Shown: positions 41,540 through 52,212, counted from the first letter of the stretch. The stretch is 64,000 nucleotides of DNA from Syntrophales bacterium (GCA_963665615.2 CAXXQE010000007.1:124001-188000), one strand, 5' to 3'. The notes: generated by a model from the sequence alone, not told the origin. Program-made: numbers and translations.

Positions 41540-44500
41540 ATGAATCCCATCAAGTTTTCTCTGCGCTATCCCGCCGTCACGCTCGTCATCACCGCCGTGT
41601 TTGTGGTGGTGGGACTCCATGCTTTCTTCAAGATGCCGCGTGCCGAAGACCCCACGATCACAATCCGCGTGGCGTTAGTACTGGCGCAGTATCCGGGAGC
41701 CACTTCTGAGCAGGTAGAGAAGCAGGTCACAAAGGTCCTGGAACGCCGTATCCTTCAATTTCCAGAGGTTAAACGGTCAAAGACTTTCTCCACCAGCCGT
41801 CCTGGCTTCGTCGTCGTCAACGTGGAGCTGGAAGACTATGTCAAGGACGCGGATCTCTTCTGGAGCAGGTTGCGACATGAAATGAACGAGGCGCGTCCGG
41901 AGCTGCCGCTCGGCGTGCGCGGTCCGATCGTCAATTCCAACTTCGGCGATACCGTCGCCCTGCTGCTGGCCGTTCATGGCGAGCGTTACAATTATCGGGA
42001 ACTTCGGGAATACACCGAACGCATTCAGGATGCCTTGCGCGGCGTACGCGATGTCGGCAAGATGGAGCGCTATGGCGAACAGGGCGAAGAGATTCTGGTC
42101 ACGACGAGCCTCGACCGCCTTGCCCAATACCACATCGATCCGGCCCGCGTAATGGCGGCGCTGCAGCAGCGCAATGTCATCGGCAGCTCCGGAAATTTAG
42201 ATACGGAACGTGCCCGCATTCCGCTCCGGACCACGGGCCTGCTATCGACGGAGGATCAGATCGGGGATATCCTCATTGATGTCTCGCAGACAACCGGGCA
42301 AGCCGTCCATATAGGCGACTTCGCCAAGGTCGAGCGGCGCTATCAGGACCCGGTCTTTCTGGTGCGCCATGACGGCCAGCCGAGCGTGCTCCTGTCGGTC
42401 GAAATGCAGCGCGGCCGCAACATGGCGGAGCTCGGAGACCGGGTAGCCGGGGTCATGAAACGGATAGAAACGTTGTTGCCACCCGATGTGAAGATCGACT
42501 TCATCGCCAATCAACCGGCGATTGTCAAGGCGCGCCTCTCCTCTCTCAGCCGTGAATTTCTTCTTGCCATCGGATCAGTGCTGCTTGTCACGATGCTGCT
42601 TCTACCCTTGCGCGTCTCAATGATCGCGGCCCTCGCCATTCCCGTGACGCTGTGTACGACACTGGGCATCATGAACGCCGTCGGCATCGACCTCCAGCAG
42701 TGCTCGATCGGCGCCCTGATCGTCGTTCTCGGCATTCTGGTTGACGACGCCATCGTTATCACCGACAACTATCTGGAACTGCTCGATCATGGCGTCAAAC
42801 GGGCCGAGGCCGGTTGGCGTTCCGCCACGGATGTGATTGTTCCCGTTTTGACCGCGACCATTACCATTATCTGCTCTTTTATGCCCCAGCTCATTCTTAA
42901 AGGCAGCGTGGGAGAGTTTCTCCAATCCATTCCCCTGACAGCGTCGATTGCACTGACGGTCTCTTTCGTCGTAGCTGTTATGTTGACGCCTATTCTCTGC
43001 AAGTTCTTCATCCGTAACGGACTCCACGAGAAGGCGCCTGCCAGGTCTTCCTTCAATCTTCTCGACCGCCTCCAAACGCTCTATCTTCGCGTGATCGTTT
43101 TCTTCATGAGGCACAAATCCCTGGCCATCGCGATCGGGGTCGGATCGATTTTCCTCGGCGCCATTCTCTTCCGCTTTATTCCACAGCAGTTCTTCCCGTC
43201 CGCGGAACGCAATCAATTCGTCATCGATGTCTGGAACCGGCAGGGCAGTCGCATCGAAGCGACCGACGCCGTCATGAAGCGGATCGAAAAGCACCTCGTT
43301 GCGACAAAGGGCGTAACGCATTATGCGAGCTTTGTCGGTCAGAGCGCGCCAAGATTCTATTACAACGTCAACCCCCAGCAACCCGATGCCGCCTATGGTC
43401 AGATGATCGTCAGCACTGAATCGGCAGACATGACGCCCCTGCTCGTAAGCCGATTGGGCAACGATCTGGCGAAGCAGGTTCCGGAGGCGCTGGTCCTCGT
43501 CAAGGAACTCCAGCAGGGCGATCTCCTTGAAGCGCCCGTGGAAGTCCGCATCTCAGGGGACGATCTGGGCGAGTTGCGGCGACTGGCAGCCGAAGTGCAG
43601 GGAATCATCGCAGGCGTTCCCTTCTCCCGCTATGTGCATCCGGACTGTTTCAATGACTCGTACCTTGTCGATGTCAATGTGGAACACGAAATGGCCGGAC
43701 GACTGGGTCTGACGAGCGGAGCGATTTCTCAGGTACTGGCCACGGGCTTCGACGGTGCGCCGGTCAGCACTTTCTGGGAAGGAGACCGTGGCGTCACTCT
43801 CTTTTTCAGAATCGATCAGGCAGCGAGAACGAGCTTTTCCGATGTGGGCAACACGTATGTAACGTCCCCCCTTACCCGGACGAGTGTCCCGGTGCGCTCC
43901 TTCGCGAGCCTTTCACCCGACTGGCAGATGAGCCGCATCGTCCATCGCAACGGTGTCAGAACCTTGACCGTTCGCAGCTTCGTCGCATACGGTTACTATG
44001 CCTCCGAGCTGCAGACTGCCGTCGAATCGAAGATCAGAGCGCTTCCCCTGCCTCCGGGGTATGACATCCGGTTCGGCGGCGAGAGGGATAATCAAACGGA
44101 AAATCTGCCGGCCATGTCGGCGGCAATGGGCATCAGCGTACTTGCCATTTTCCTGGTCATGCTGATCCAGTTCCGAAATATAGCCGAGCCTCTGATGGTG
44201 ATGTCCTCTATTCCGCTCATGTTTCTCGGGTCGGTTGTAGGGCTTATCGTCACCCGGAATGTCTTCGGCTTCATGGCCTTCATGGGCATGATCAGCCTTA
44301 CAGGAATCGTGGTGCGAAACGGTATCATCCTGATCGATTTCATCAAAAGTTATATCGCCGAGGGCTACAGCATCGAAGATGCCGTAACCCAGGCAGGGCG
44401 TCGAAGACTCCGCCCGATCTTTCTGACAACAATGGCTGCCGCAGTGGGCGTCACTCCGATGATCCTCTCCGGATCGAGTCTCTGGAGTCCGCTCGCCAGC

Positions 44501-45949
44501 GTCATTGCCGTCGGACTCATCTTCTCGATGTTCTTTACACTGCTCGTGGTTCCCGTTCTCTACGTTATGGTCCGATCGAAGCCATCAGCTAAAACGGCGT
44601 CAACAGTTGTTGGCCTGATCGTTGCGTCCGCGCTTTTGCTGGGACCGTCGCCGTTTGGAGCCACTGCTGCTAACGCGGAAACACGGCAGATCACGCTTCA
44701 GGAAGCGATCGATTTGGCGCTCGCCAATAGCAGGGCCCTCAAGATCGCTCATGCCAGGGTTCAGGAAAATAGCGAAAGGATCGGGGAGAAGCGTTCGGAT
44801 TATTTTCCTCATCTCACCAATGAAACGAGTTATTCCTCCCTTACAAACAATCAGCTTGTAACGATTCCAACGGGAGCTCTGGGAACTATTCCGGGGCTAG
44901 GTCCATACCCGACGCAAGATATGCATGTGGAGCAGGGATCGGACGCGCTCTTTGTCAGTTCGACAACACTGTCCCAACCGATCACGCAACTCCTCAAGGT
45001 GCATCAGGCTGAGCGTATCGCACAGACCGACAAAGGCGTCGCCGAGGCTGATTGGAACAGGGCGCGGGCAGAAACAGTCTATGCCGTGCGTCAACTCTAT
45101 TATGGTCTGACGGTTGCGGAAAAGCAGAGAGCCGCCGCAGAGGCGGGCATCACCGCGGCGGAAGAAAATCTGAGAGAAATTCAGAAAGCCGTGGAAGCGG
45201 GCAATTTGCTCGACGTGGCCGTCACAGGAAGCCGTGTCGCCCTGCTTCAAGGCAAGCAGGCGCTAATAGCAGCCAAGATCAGACAGTCCGATCTCTCATC
45301 CGATTTGAACGACCTGATGGGGGTAGCGCTCGATACGGTCCTGGTTCCGGCCGAGGCCGTATCCGGATCTGTTTCCATTCGGACGCGCGAGGAATACCTG
45401 CGCGAGGCGCTGTCGCACAATCCGGAACTCGAAGCCGCTCGCCGGACCCTTGAGAAATCTGAAAGCGGCGTCCGGGCGGCTGCCTATGAGTATATTCCCG
45501 ACATAGGCGTTTTCGGCCGTTACGTCTATCAGGACGGCGTGCCCTTTGTGGACCGCAATATCGGCATGGTAGGCGTTCAGATGTCCTGGGATATCTTTGA
45601 CTGGGGGAAACGCAAGTCGGTGCTGGAGCAGCGCCGTCTTCAGCGCACTCAGGCAAGGGAGAACGTCAAACGGATTGAAAGCCGTGTGGCGGTTGATATC
45701 GACAAGACCTGGCGACGCCTGGATCAAGCGCGGCAGATCGTCGAGGTTGCATGTGAGGCCCTGGCGCTGGAGAAGGAACGGGCAAGGCTGAGCGGCAATG
45801 GACTTCAGGCAGGAACCGTCACGACCGCGAAGCACGCAGAAACCGTGGCCGCTCTGAAGAAAGCCGAAAGCGACGAACTCCTGGCCCTGGTCGGCGTCGA
45901 ACTGGCCCTAGCCGAACTGGAGCGGCTTGCGGGAAGTTCAGGGTTTTGA
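41540..45949 (+). CDS. RND efflux permease fused to a C-terminal TolC/OMF-like domain (1469 aa)
   Basis: AcrB-family features (YPGATSEQVEKQVT, LAIPV, GILVDDAIV, RLRPIFLTT) to ~aa 1015; then ITLQEAIDLALANS..., EALSHNPEL, WDIFDWG of outer-membrane efflux proteins; single open frame. Confidence 0.92.
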   Translation: MNPIKFSLRYPAVTLVITAVFVVVGLHAFFKMPRAEDPTITIRVALVLAQYPGATSEQVEKQVTKVLERRILQFPEVKRSKTFSTSRPGFVVVNVELEDYVKDADLFWSRLRHEMNEARPELPLGVRGPIVNSNFGDTVALLLAVHGERYNYRELREYTERIQDALRGVRDVGKMERYGEQGEEILVTTSLDRLAQYHIDPARVMAALQQRNVIGSSGNLDTERARIPLRTTGLLSTEDQIGDILIDVSQTTGQAVHIGDFAKVERRYQDPVFLVRHDGQPSVLLSVEMQRGRNMAELGDRVAGVMKRIETLLPPDVKIDFIANQPAIVKARLSSLSREFLLAIGSVLLVTMLLLPLRVSMIAALAIPVTLCTTLGIMNAVGIDLQQCSIGALIVVLGILVDDAIVITDNYLELLDHGVKRAEAGWRSATDVIVPVLTATITIICSFMPQLILKGSVGEFLQSIPLTASIALTVSFVVAVMLTPILCKFFIRNGLHEKAPARSSFNLLDRLQTLYLRVIVFFMRHKSLAIAIGVGSIFLGAILFRFIPQQFFPSAERNQFVIDVWNRQGSRIEATDAVMKRIEKHLVATKGVTHYASFVGQSAPRFYYNVNPQQPDAAYGQMIVSTESADMTPLLVSRLGNDLAKQVPEALVLVKELQQGDLLEAPVEVRISGDDLGELRRLAAEVQGIIAGVPFSRYVHPDCFNDSYLVDVNVEHEMAGRLGLTSGAISQVLATGFDGAPVSTFWEGDRGVTLFFRIDQAARTSFSDVGNTYVTSPLTRTSVPVRSFASLSPDWQMSRIVHRNGVRTLTVRSFVAYGYYASELQTAVESKIRALPLPPGYDIRFGGERDNQTENLPAMSAAMGISVLAIFLVMLIQFRNIAEPLMVMSSIPLMFLGSVVGLIVTRNVFGFMAFMGMISLTGIVVRNGIILIDFIKSYIAEGYSIEDAVTQAGRRRLRPIFLTTMAAAVGVTPMILSGSSLWSPLASVIAVGLIFSMFFTLLVVPVLYVMVRSKPSAKTASTVVGLIVASALLLGPSPFGATAANAETRQITLQEAIDLALANSRALKIAHARVQENSERIGEKRSDYFPHLTNETSYSSLTNNQLVTIPTGALGTIPGLGPYPTQDMHVEQGSDALFVSSTTLSQPITQLLKVHQAERIAQTDKGVAEADWNRARAETVYAVRQLYYGLTVAEKQRAAAEAGITAAEENLREIQKAVEAGNLLDVAVTGSRVALLQGKQALIAAKIRQSDLSSDLNDLMGVALDTVLVPAEAVSGSVSIRTREEYLREALSHNPELEAARRTLEKSESGVRAAAYEYIPDIGVFGRYVYQDGVPFVDRNIGMVGVQMSWDIFDWGKRKSVLEQRRLQRTQARENVKRIESRVAVDIDKTWRRLDQARQIVEVACEALALEKERARLSGNGLQAGTVTTAKHAETVAALKKAESDELLALVGVELALAELERLAGSSGF

Positions 45950-45977
45950 TTCCGGCGCTCCGCGTTCGGAGTCCTAA

Positions 45978-46011
45978 AGTGGAAGCGACGCCCAACAGGC
46001 GACGTTCCACT
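45978..46011. terminator. hairpin between convergent RND and ABC operons
   Basis: AGTGGAA..CGCC-caaca-GGCG..TTCCACT. Confidence 0.45.
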
Positions 46012-46088
46012 AAAGATAGACTCGTAAAAATTCGAAAAATCGTCATTACGACAAACGCGGCATCATGAAAGCATTAGCCGTCAGCCTT

Positions 46089-47258
46089 CTACACCGCTCT
46101 GAGCGCGTCCACGATCTTCAATCGCGCTGCACGAAAGGCCGGAAGCATGCCGCCAATGAAGCCCATGAAGAGACCGAAAAACAGCGCCTGGCCCGCAATC
46201 TCCGGGGTCAGCGTAAAGCGGAAGGCCACCTCCGAGAAGGTCTGGAAATTGAGTGTGGAAATGGTGATGAACTGCATGAAGGAGGCCAGCAGGAGTCCCA
46301 CCATCCCCCCTATCAAGCCGAGCAAAAGCGCCTCCATCAGAAAAGCCGCCAGAATGCTAACCCGCTTGAACCCCAGTGCCCGCATGGTTCCGATCTCCAC
46401 AGTGCGATTTGCTACAGCCGCGTACATGGTGATCATCGCGCCGATCATCGCACCGAGTGAAAAGATGATTGTCAGAGAAATCCCCAAGACACTGAGAAAT
46501 TTCGACATCATCTCGGACTGCTCCTCATAATAGACTGTTTCGCGCTTGGCGTCCAAGGCAAGGCGCGGGTCCTTCTCGATGATGTCGCGAACCTCGTCGC
46601 TAGCATCGTGAGAACGGAGCCTGAAGATTACCGAGGAATAGACCGGTCTGCGAAAAGCCTGCATCAACTGATCGGCATCTCCCCAGATCTCCGAGCTGAA
46701 GCCGGTGCTGCCGGCGTCGAAGATGCCGACGATTGTCCAATCGCGCATTCCGAAGCGCAACGTCTCGCCCAGCCCGCCGCCCCGGAAGCGTTTCGCGACA
46801 CTCGCCCCCGCCATAATTTCAGAGGAACCCTTCACAGGGAGACGTCCGGCAACGATCCGGACCTGATTGCGCAGTGACAGGGATTCGTCGCCGATGCCGC
46901 GAATGGTTACGTTGGAATTCCCCTGCCCTCTTTCACGCTTCGGCAGTGTAATCAGGACAACGAGCTCCTTTGCAACGAGCCGTTGTCCCGTCGTGCCAAG
47001 AGCGATTTGAGGAAGGCTTTCGAGGAGACTTGCCTTGTCCCGCTCAATGGCGCTCTGAACTTCGGTATTGGAACCCTTCCGGATCACGACCATATTGTCC
47101 GGAGAACCGGTCGCCACGAGGGTTTCGCGAAGTCCCGCCGCCAGCATCAGAATCGATGCAAACACAAAGACCACGAGCGCCATGCCCGAGGCGGTCAAAA
47201 AGGTCGTCAGCTTCCGGGTCAGGAGATTGCGCAGGCTATACGATAGAAGAACCGGCAT
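46089..47258 (-). CDS. MacB/FtsX-family ABC transporter permease
   Basis: RNLLTRKLTTFLT, periplasmic domain, RTVEIGTMRALGF, PAFRAARLKIVDALR. Confidence 0.92.
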   Translation of the reverse strand: MPVLLSYSLRNLLTRKLTTFLTASGMALVVFVFASILMLAAGLRETLVATGSPDNMVVIRKGSNTEVQSAIERDKASLLESLPQIALGTTGQRLVAKELVVLITLPKRERGQGNSNVTIRGIGDESLSLRNQVRIVAGRLPVKGSSEIMAGASVAKRFRGGGLGETLRFGMRDWTIVGIFDAGSTGFSSEIWGDADQLMQAFRRPVYSSVIFRLRSHDASDEVRDIIEKDPRLALDAKRETVYYEEQSEMMSKFLSVLGISLTIIFSLGAMIGAMITMYAAVANRTVEIGTMRALGFKRVSILAAFLMEALLLGLIGGMVGLLLASFMQFITISTLNFQTFSEVAFRFTLTPEIAGQALFFGLFMGFIGGMLPAFRAARLKIVDALRAV

Positions 47259-48415
47259 CAGGCAATCCTCCTCAGGCCGTCGGCGATCCGGATTCTGAGC
47301 GCGGATCGTATCGGCACAATAGAGGCGGCAACCGCCACGATGAGGGCGGCGATCAGATCGAACCAGAGGGTCCGCGTCTCAATAGCGAAAATCGGAAAGT
47401 ACTGCTCCAGTGTGCTGGCAAAAATCCTGGCCGAGGGGAACAGCAGCACAATCCCCAGCAGGCATCCCATCAGTGTAATAATAACGGCCTCGCCGCCAAT
47501 CAAGATCGCGATATGCCTGCCGCGGAATCCGAGGGCCTTGAGGATGGCATACTCTCCGATCCGCTCCCGAGTGGTCATGGACATGGTATTGGCGACAACA
47601 GCCATAATGATGATGATAATGATAAACGAAACAAGCTGAACGACAACGATAATCGCCTGAACCATGGCGAGAAAACCCTGCGTAAAGGCCTTTTCCGTCT
47701 CTGTCAGTGTCTCGGCCAGAGAGTTTTTGAACATGGCGTCGATCGCCGCAGCAACTTCAGGTCCCTGCTCAGGATTTCGGATGCCGATAACGAACCAGCC
47801 CACCTGATCGGCGTAGCCTGGCGCCTGCTTTTTTATGGTCTCGTTGAGATAATCCCACTGAAAGAAAAACTGCGTCTCGTCCGTGCTGCGGTACTTCCCG
47901 GTGTAGATCCCGCGCAGAACAAAATCCCAGTTGCCGGGGTAGATCGTTCCCTGAAGGGTTACCAGATCGCCGATCTTCCATCCGTATTTTCTCGCCAGCT
48001 TCTTCCCCGCAATGAATCCCTTGCGATCGCGCAGGAAGGCCTGTGCCTCCTCCGGCTCCAGCTGAAACTCCGGATAGAGCTTCTGAAAGGTTTTTGGGTC
48101 GATCGCCATATTGGCGAAAAAGTGCTTCTGGTCGATATAGATGCCGCCGAACCAGTTGCCGAAGCCTACCTCAGAAACCCCTCCAACCTGCAGGATCTTT
48201 TCGCGATAGGCGATCGGAAGCGGGAATGTCATCGAGACGGCATTGCGCGTGACCAGTCGGTAATCGGAGGACGCCTCGATGGCAAGATGCCAGGCATCCA
48301 GCACGGTCCGCAAAAGTCCGAATGCCAGGATGGCGATCGTGATGCCCAGGATTGTCAGGCCCGTGCGCAGCTTGTGGCGGAAGGCGTTTCTAAAGAGGAT
48401 CTTGACAATGTACAT
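47258..48415 (-). CDS. MacB/FtsX-family ABC transporter permease
   Basis: [27 protein letters not shown]; start MYIVK overlaps the end of the ATPase gene. Confidence 0.92.
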   Translation of the reverse strand: MYIVKILFRNAFRHKLRTGLTILGITIAILAFGLLRTVLDAWHLAIEASSDYRLVTRNAVSMTFPLPIAYREKILQVGGVSEVGFGNWFGGIYIDQKHFFANMAIDPKTFQKLYPEFQLEPEEAQAFLRDRKGFIAGKKLARKYGWKIGDLVTLQGTIYPGNWDFVLRGIYTGKYRSTDETQFFFQWDYLNETIKKQAPGYADQVGWFVIGIRNPEQGPEVAAAIDAMFKNSLAETLTETEKAFTQGFLAMVQAIIVVVQLVSFIIIIIIMAVVANTMSMTTRERIGEYAILKALGFRGRHIAILIGGEAVIITLMGCLLGIVLLFPSARIFASTLEQYFPIFAIETRTLWFDLIAALIVAVAASIVPIRSALRIRIADGLRRIA

Positions 48416-49094
48416 CGGTAAGAACCCCTTTTTCGAGACAACGGATCGCATGGGCCCGCTGCGCCGCCTTGGGGTCATGCGTGACCATGATGATCGTTTT
48501 GCCTGATTCGCGGTTGAGGCGCTGCATCAAATCGAGGATGTCTTCTGCGGAGTGACGGTCGAGGTCACCCGTCGGCTCATCCGCAACCAGAAGCGTGGGG
48601 TCCGTGACGATGGCGCGGGCGATCGCAACGCGTTGCTGCTCGCCGCCGGAAAGCTGGCTCGGATAGTGATCCATTCGGTGCGAGAGGTTGACGACATTAA
48701 GGGCGGTCGCAACGTGTTCCCTTCGCTCTTTTTTGCTGAGCCCCGTTAAATGAAGCGGCAGATCGACATTTTCAAAGGCCGTCAGAACGGGGATGAGATT
48801 ATAAAATTGGAAGATAAAGCCGATGTGCGTGGCTCGCCATTCAGCCAGCGACAGCTCAGGAAGAGCGGTGATGTCGAGGCCATCGATCTCGATGGTGCCG
48901 GTGTCGGCATGATCGATGCCCGCGAGGAGATTGAGCAGCGTGCTCTTTCCCGATCCCGAAGGCCCCATCAGGGCAAGAAACTCGCCGGCAGGGATATCGA
49001 AGGTGATATCTTCGAGTACGGGAATTCGCTGTGTGCCGCGTTGATAAGACTTGCTGACGGCGTTCAGGCGGACTATCGGGGAACCGTCACGCAT
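48390..49094 (-). CDS. ABC transporter ATP-binding protein (LolD/MacB-type)
   Basis: [36 protein letters not shown]. Confidence 0.96.
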   Translation of the reverse strand: MRDGSPIVRLNAVSKSYQRGTQRIPVLEDITFDIPAGEFLALMGPSGSGKSTLLNLLAGIDHADTGTIEIDGLDITALPELSLAEWRATHIGFIFQFYNLIPVLTAFENVDLPLHLTGLSKKERREHVATALNVVNLSHRMDHYPSQLSGGEQQRVAIARAIVTDPTLLVADEPTGDLDRHSAEDILDLMQRLNRESGKTIIMVTHDPKAAQRAHAIRCLEKGVLTDVHCQDPL

Positions 49095-49102
49095 AGGCCG
49101 CC

Positions 49103-50323
49103 TTACTTGTCCGCAGGCCGCACGCGGCTGCCGTTCATCAATTTCGCAGGCGGGTTGATCACCACCTTGTCGCCGATCTTTGCACCGTCGAGAATTTCAA
49201 CCATTCCGCCGAAGGTCTTTCCGGTCCGAACGGATGCTTCCGCAACCGAGCCATTGCCAACGATAAAGAGGATCGTCTTGCCGCCGCGCTGCACGATGGC
49301 CCGCTCGGAGACGCCCGTCCGCGGCATCCGCTCATCGGGGGTAAGATCGCGCTTCAGAAACGCAACCTTGGCACTCATGTCGGGCAGGATTCTCGGACTC
49401 GTCTCCAAAAAGCGAACCTTGACCATGATGCTGGCCTTGTTGCGGTCCGCCGTGGGAACGATCATGTGAACGGTCCCGCGGAAACGTTTTTCGGGAATGG
49501 CGTCAAGCTGCACCTCGCAGGGCTGGCCGATTGAAACCTTTTCTACATTGGATTCGGAGACGTCCGCCTCGACCTGAAGCGAACCCATATCGGCGATGCT
49601 CACGACTGCGGATTTCGCGTTGGCGGCTGCCCCCAGAGGGGTAACGATATCTCCGACGTCGGCATTCTTCGTTAAAACAACCGCGTCGAAAGGCGCCCGG
49701 ATCAGTGCGTATTCGACATTCGTCTGCGCCGCCTTCAGCGCCGCGGCATTGGCCTTCACGCCTGCATCGGCGGCGTCCACCGCGGCCTGCGCCTTCAGGT
49801 AGCGCGCTTGAGCGGCATCGTAATCGGAGCGGGAGATGTAGCCTTTTTTGATCAGTTCATCGGCACGATTGAAGTTGGCGCGAGAATCGACAAGTTCGGC
49901 GCGGGCCTGATCGAGATTGTGTTTCGAGACATTGAGATTGGCTGCTGCCTGATCGCAGGCCGCGCGCGCATCCTCCGCCTCAAGCCGGGCAATAACCTCG
50001 CCCTTCTTGATGCGGCTGCCCTCTTCGACCGAAAGTGATTCAAGTCGACCGGTGATCTTGGAGGCGACAGCGGCCTTGCGCTGGGCCACAACATAGCCGC
50101 TGGCATTGAGAACCGTAACCCCTTGAGCCGGATAAACTTTCGAAATCTCCGTCAGTTCGACCGGGGTTGCCGGCTTATAAAAGAAGAAACCAAAGGTGAG
50201 CGCTGCAATGACAATGACACACGTCACAGCTGTCTTTTTCCGGCCCGTCCATTTTGAGTGCTGCGTTGAACGGCGTGTGGCGGTCCTGTCGATTTTGAGC
50301 TGGGAGAGATCGTCCTGGGCCAT
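49103..50323 (-). CDS. MacA-like periplasmic adaptor subunit
   Basis: N-terminal TM, LNASGYVVAQRKA, IRAPFDA, VEADVSE. Confidence 0.92.
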   Translation of the reverse strand: MAQDDLSQLKIDRTATRRSTQHSKWTGRKKTAVTCVIVIAALTFGFFFYKPATPVELTEISKVYPAQGVTVLNASGYVVAQRKAAVASKITGRLESLSVEEGSRIKKGEVIARLEAEDARAACDQAAANLNVSKHNLDQARAELVDSRANFNRADELIKKGYISRSDYDAAQARYLKAQAAVDAADAGVKANAAALKAAQTNVEYALIRAPFDAVVLTKNADVGDIVTPLGAAANAKSAVVSIADMGSLQVEADVSESNVEKVSIGQPCEVQLDAIPEKRFRGTVHMIVPTADRNKASIMVKVRFLETSPRILPDMSAKVAFLKRDLTPDERMPRTGVSERAIVQRGGKTILFIVGNGSVAEASVRTGKTFGGMVEILDGAKIGDKVVINPPAKLMNGSRVRPADK

Positions 50324-50668
50324 TTTGCCATACCTGAAAATGTTATCGGAATATCGAAGTCGATACTGATTGCGCGTACTTAACCATAATTATTCCCCTC
50401 TGTCACCAATTATTTGCGCTATTTACGCAGTCATTTCCGTGGAGGAAAGCTGGATCATTCTCAATGCGCCTCTTGGTCGAACATTTCGACATTTGTTTCC
50501 GATCTTTTGCCATTGCCCCTTGATCTCGGTCCTCTAAATGATTAAAATAGCGAGCAGTCAGTGCAAGTTCATCGTCGGCATGACTTCTGCATGCGTAATG
50601 GCAACAATCGGATGTCGTCGAATAATGAGTTCTTAAGTTCACGATATCTGAAAATACAGGAGGGATGT

Positions 50669-52123
50669 ATGAGGGTTTTCAGCAGCAAAAAAATTGTTTT
50701 CACACTGATTTTTGGCGTTTTGTTTGTTCTGTTCCTTCTGCCGGGATTCATAATGCCCGGACATGCCGGCTCGGCCGGAGAGGCTGCGGCGGCAACGGCG
50801 GCGCTTGCGCCCGCTTCGTTTGCGGATCTCGCGGAAAAGCTCATGCCGGCCGTCGTCAATATCCACACGACGCGCAAAGTCAAGGTCGGCGGGATGGGAC
50901 CCTTCGGACAGCAAATGCCGAACGGCGGAGTCCCGGGTCGCGACGAGTTTTTTAAACGATTTTTTGGCAACATGCCGGAGCGCGAATATAAACAGAACAG
51001 CCTGGGATCCGGTTTTATCATTTCCCAGGACGGGTATATCTTTACCAATAATCACGTCATCGACAAGGTCGACAAGATCAGAGTCAAACTCTCCAGCGGC
51101 AAGGAGTATGACGCCAAGGTAATCGGCAGCGACGACAAAACGGATCTCGCCCTGATTAAGATCGATACACCGGACAAACTGCCCGCCGTAAAACTGGGCG
51201 ATTCCGATCGACTTAGAATTGGTGATTGGGTCGTGGCCATCGGCAATCCCTTCGGCCTCGACGGTACGATCACCGCCGGTATCGTTAGCGCCAAGGGACG
51301 CGTGATCGGCGCAGGTCCCTATGACAATTTCATTCAGACCGACGCCTCGATCAATCCGGGCAACAGCGGCGGTCCCCTCTTCAACCTTTCCGGCGAGGTG
51401 GTGGGCATTAATACGGCTATCATTGCGCAAGGCCAGGGCATCGGGTTCGCCGTTCCCATCAATACCGCCAAAGGGATCTTCGATGATCTGAAAACGCGCG
51501 GTAAAGTCACGCGCGGATGGCTGGGCATCAGCGTGCAGGATCTCACACCCGATATCGCCAAGAACCTCGGCATCAAGGAAGAAAAAGGCGTGCTCGTCGG
51601 CGATGTCTTTTCCGGAGATCCTGCGGACAAGGCCGGCATCAAGACCGGGGATGTGATTGTCAATATCAACGGCAAACCGATTGAGACAAGCCATGACCTT
51701 ATGGGCATCGTTGCGACATTGACCGTCGGCAAACCCGTCGAGGTCAAGGCGCTGCGGGACGGCGCCGTGAAAACCTTTATGGTTGTCATTGCGGAAAGGA
51801 AAGACACGAAGGAAACAGCGCAGGGCGAAAAACGCGAAGAAGGTCACTTTGGTCTGGCAGTCCAGGATATCACGCCGCAAATAGCGCAGAGCCTCGGCCT
51901 CAAGGATAAGTCCGGCGTCATCGTCAGCGACATCGAAGACGACAGCCCCGCCGCAGAGGCCGGGATTAAAACCGGCGATGTCATTACCCAGGTCAATAAA
52001 GTTCGCGTAAAGTCCGTCAAGGAATTCACTGCGGCCATGGCCGGTCTCAAAAAGTCCGACTCCGTCCTCCTGCTGATCAAGCGCGGAGACGGCAGTTTCT
52101 TCGTCACCCTGAAGAAGGATTAA
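50669..52123 (+). CDS. DegP/DegQ (Do family) periplasmic serine protease with two PDZ domains
   Basis: RBS AGGAGG; TNNHV, DLAL, INPGNSGGPL catalytic triad; two PDZ domains. Confidence 0.96.
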   Translation: MRVFSSKKIVFTLIFGVLFVLFLLPGFIMPGHAGSAGEAAAATAALAPASFADLAEKLMPAVVNIHTTRKVKVGGMGPFGQQMPNGGVPGRDEFFKRFFGNMPEREYKQNSLGSGFIISQDGYIFTNNHVIDKVDKIRVKLSSGKEYDAKVIGSDDKTDLALIKIDTPDKLPAVKLGDSDRLRIGDWVVAIGNPFGLDGTITAGIVSAKGRVIGAGPYDNFIQTDASINPGNSGGPLFNLSGEVVGINTAIIAQGQGIGFAVPINTAKGIFDDLKTRGKVTRGWLGISVQDLTPDIAKNLGIKEEKGVLVGDVFSGDPADKAGIKTGDVIVNINGKPIETSHDLMGIVATLTVGKPVEVKALRDGAVKTFMVVIAERKDTKETAQGEKREEGHFGLAVQDITPQIAQSLGLKDKSGVIVSDIEDDSPAAEAGIKTGDVITQVNKVRVKSVKEFTAAMAGLKKSDSVLLLIKRGDGSFFVTLKKD

Positions 52124-52154
52124 TCTCACTCGAAACAACGGCCTGGAGAAACAA

Positions 52155-52187
52155 AACGGGGGCGGTCAGTCAATGACCGTCCCCGTT
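52155..52187. terminator. intrinsic terminator between convergent degP and T1SS operon
   Basis: 14-bp stem AACGGGGGCGGTCA-gtcaa-TGACCGTCCCCGTT; U-rich tail on the minus strand. Confidence 0.8.
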
Positions 52188-52212
52188 CAAATATCATCGG
52201 ACCCGTTCCCGC

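Noticed and set aside
46015..46050. Possible truncated end of another REP/MITE family (GACTCGTAAAAATTCG...CGTCATT)
   Set aside because: No matching inverted end or second copy in the window; cannot be supported without a genome search.
46970..48421. 483-aa plus-strand ORF
   Set aside because: Antisense to the two ABC permeases; no RBS or motif support.
50639..52138. 499-aa minus-strand ORF
   Set aside because: Antisense shadow of degP, explained by codon bias; no recognisable motifs.
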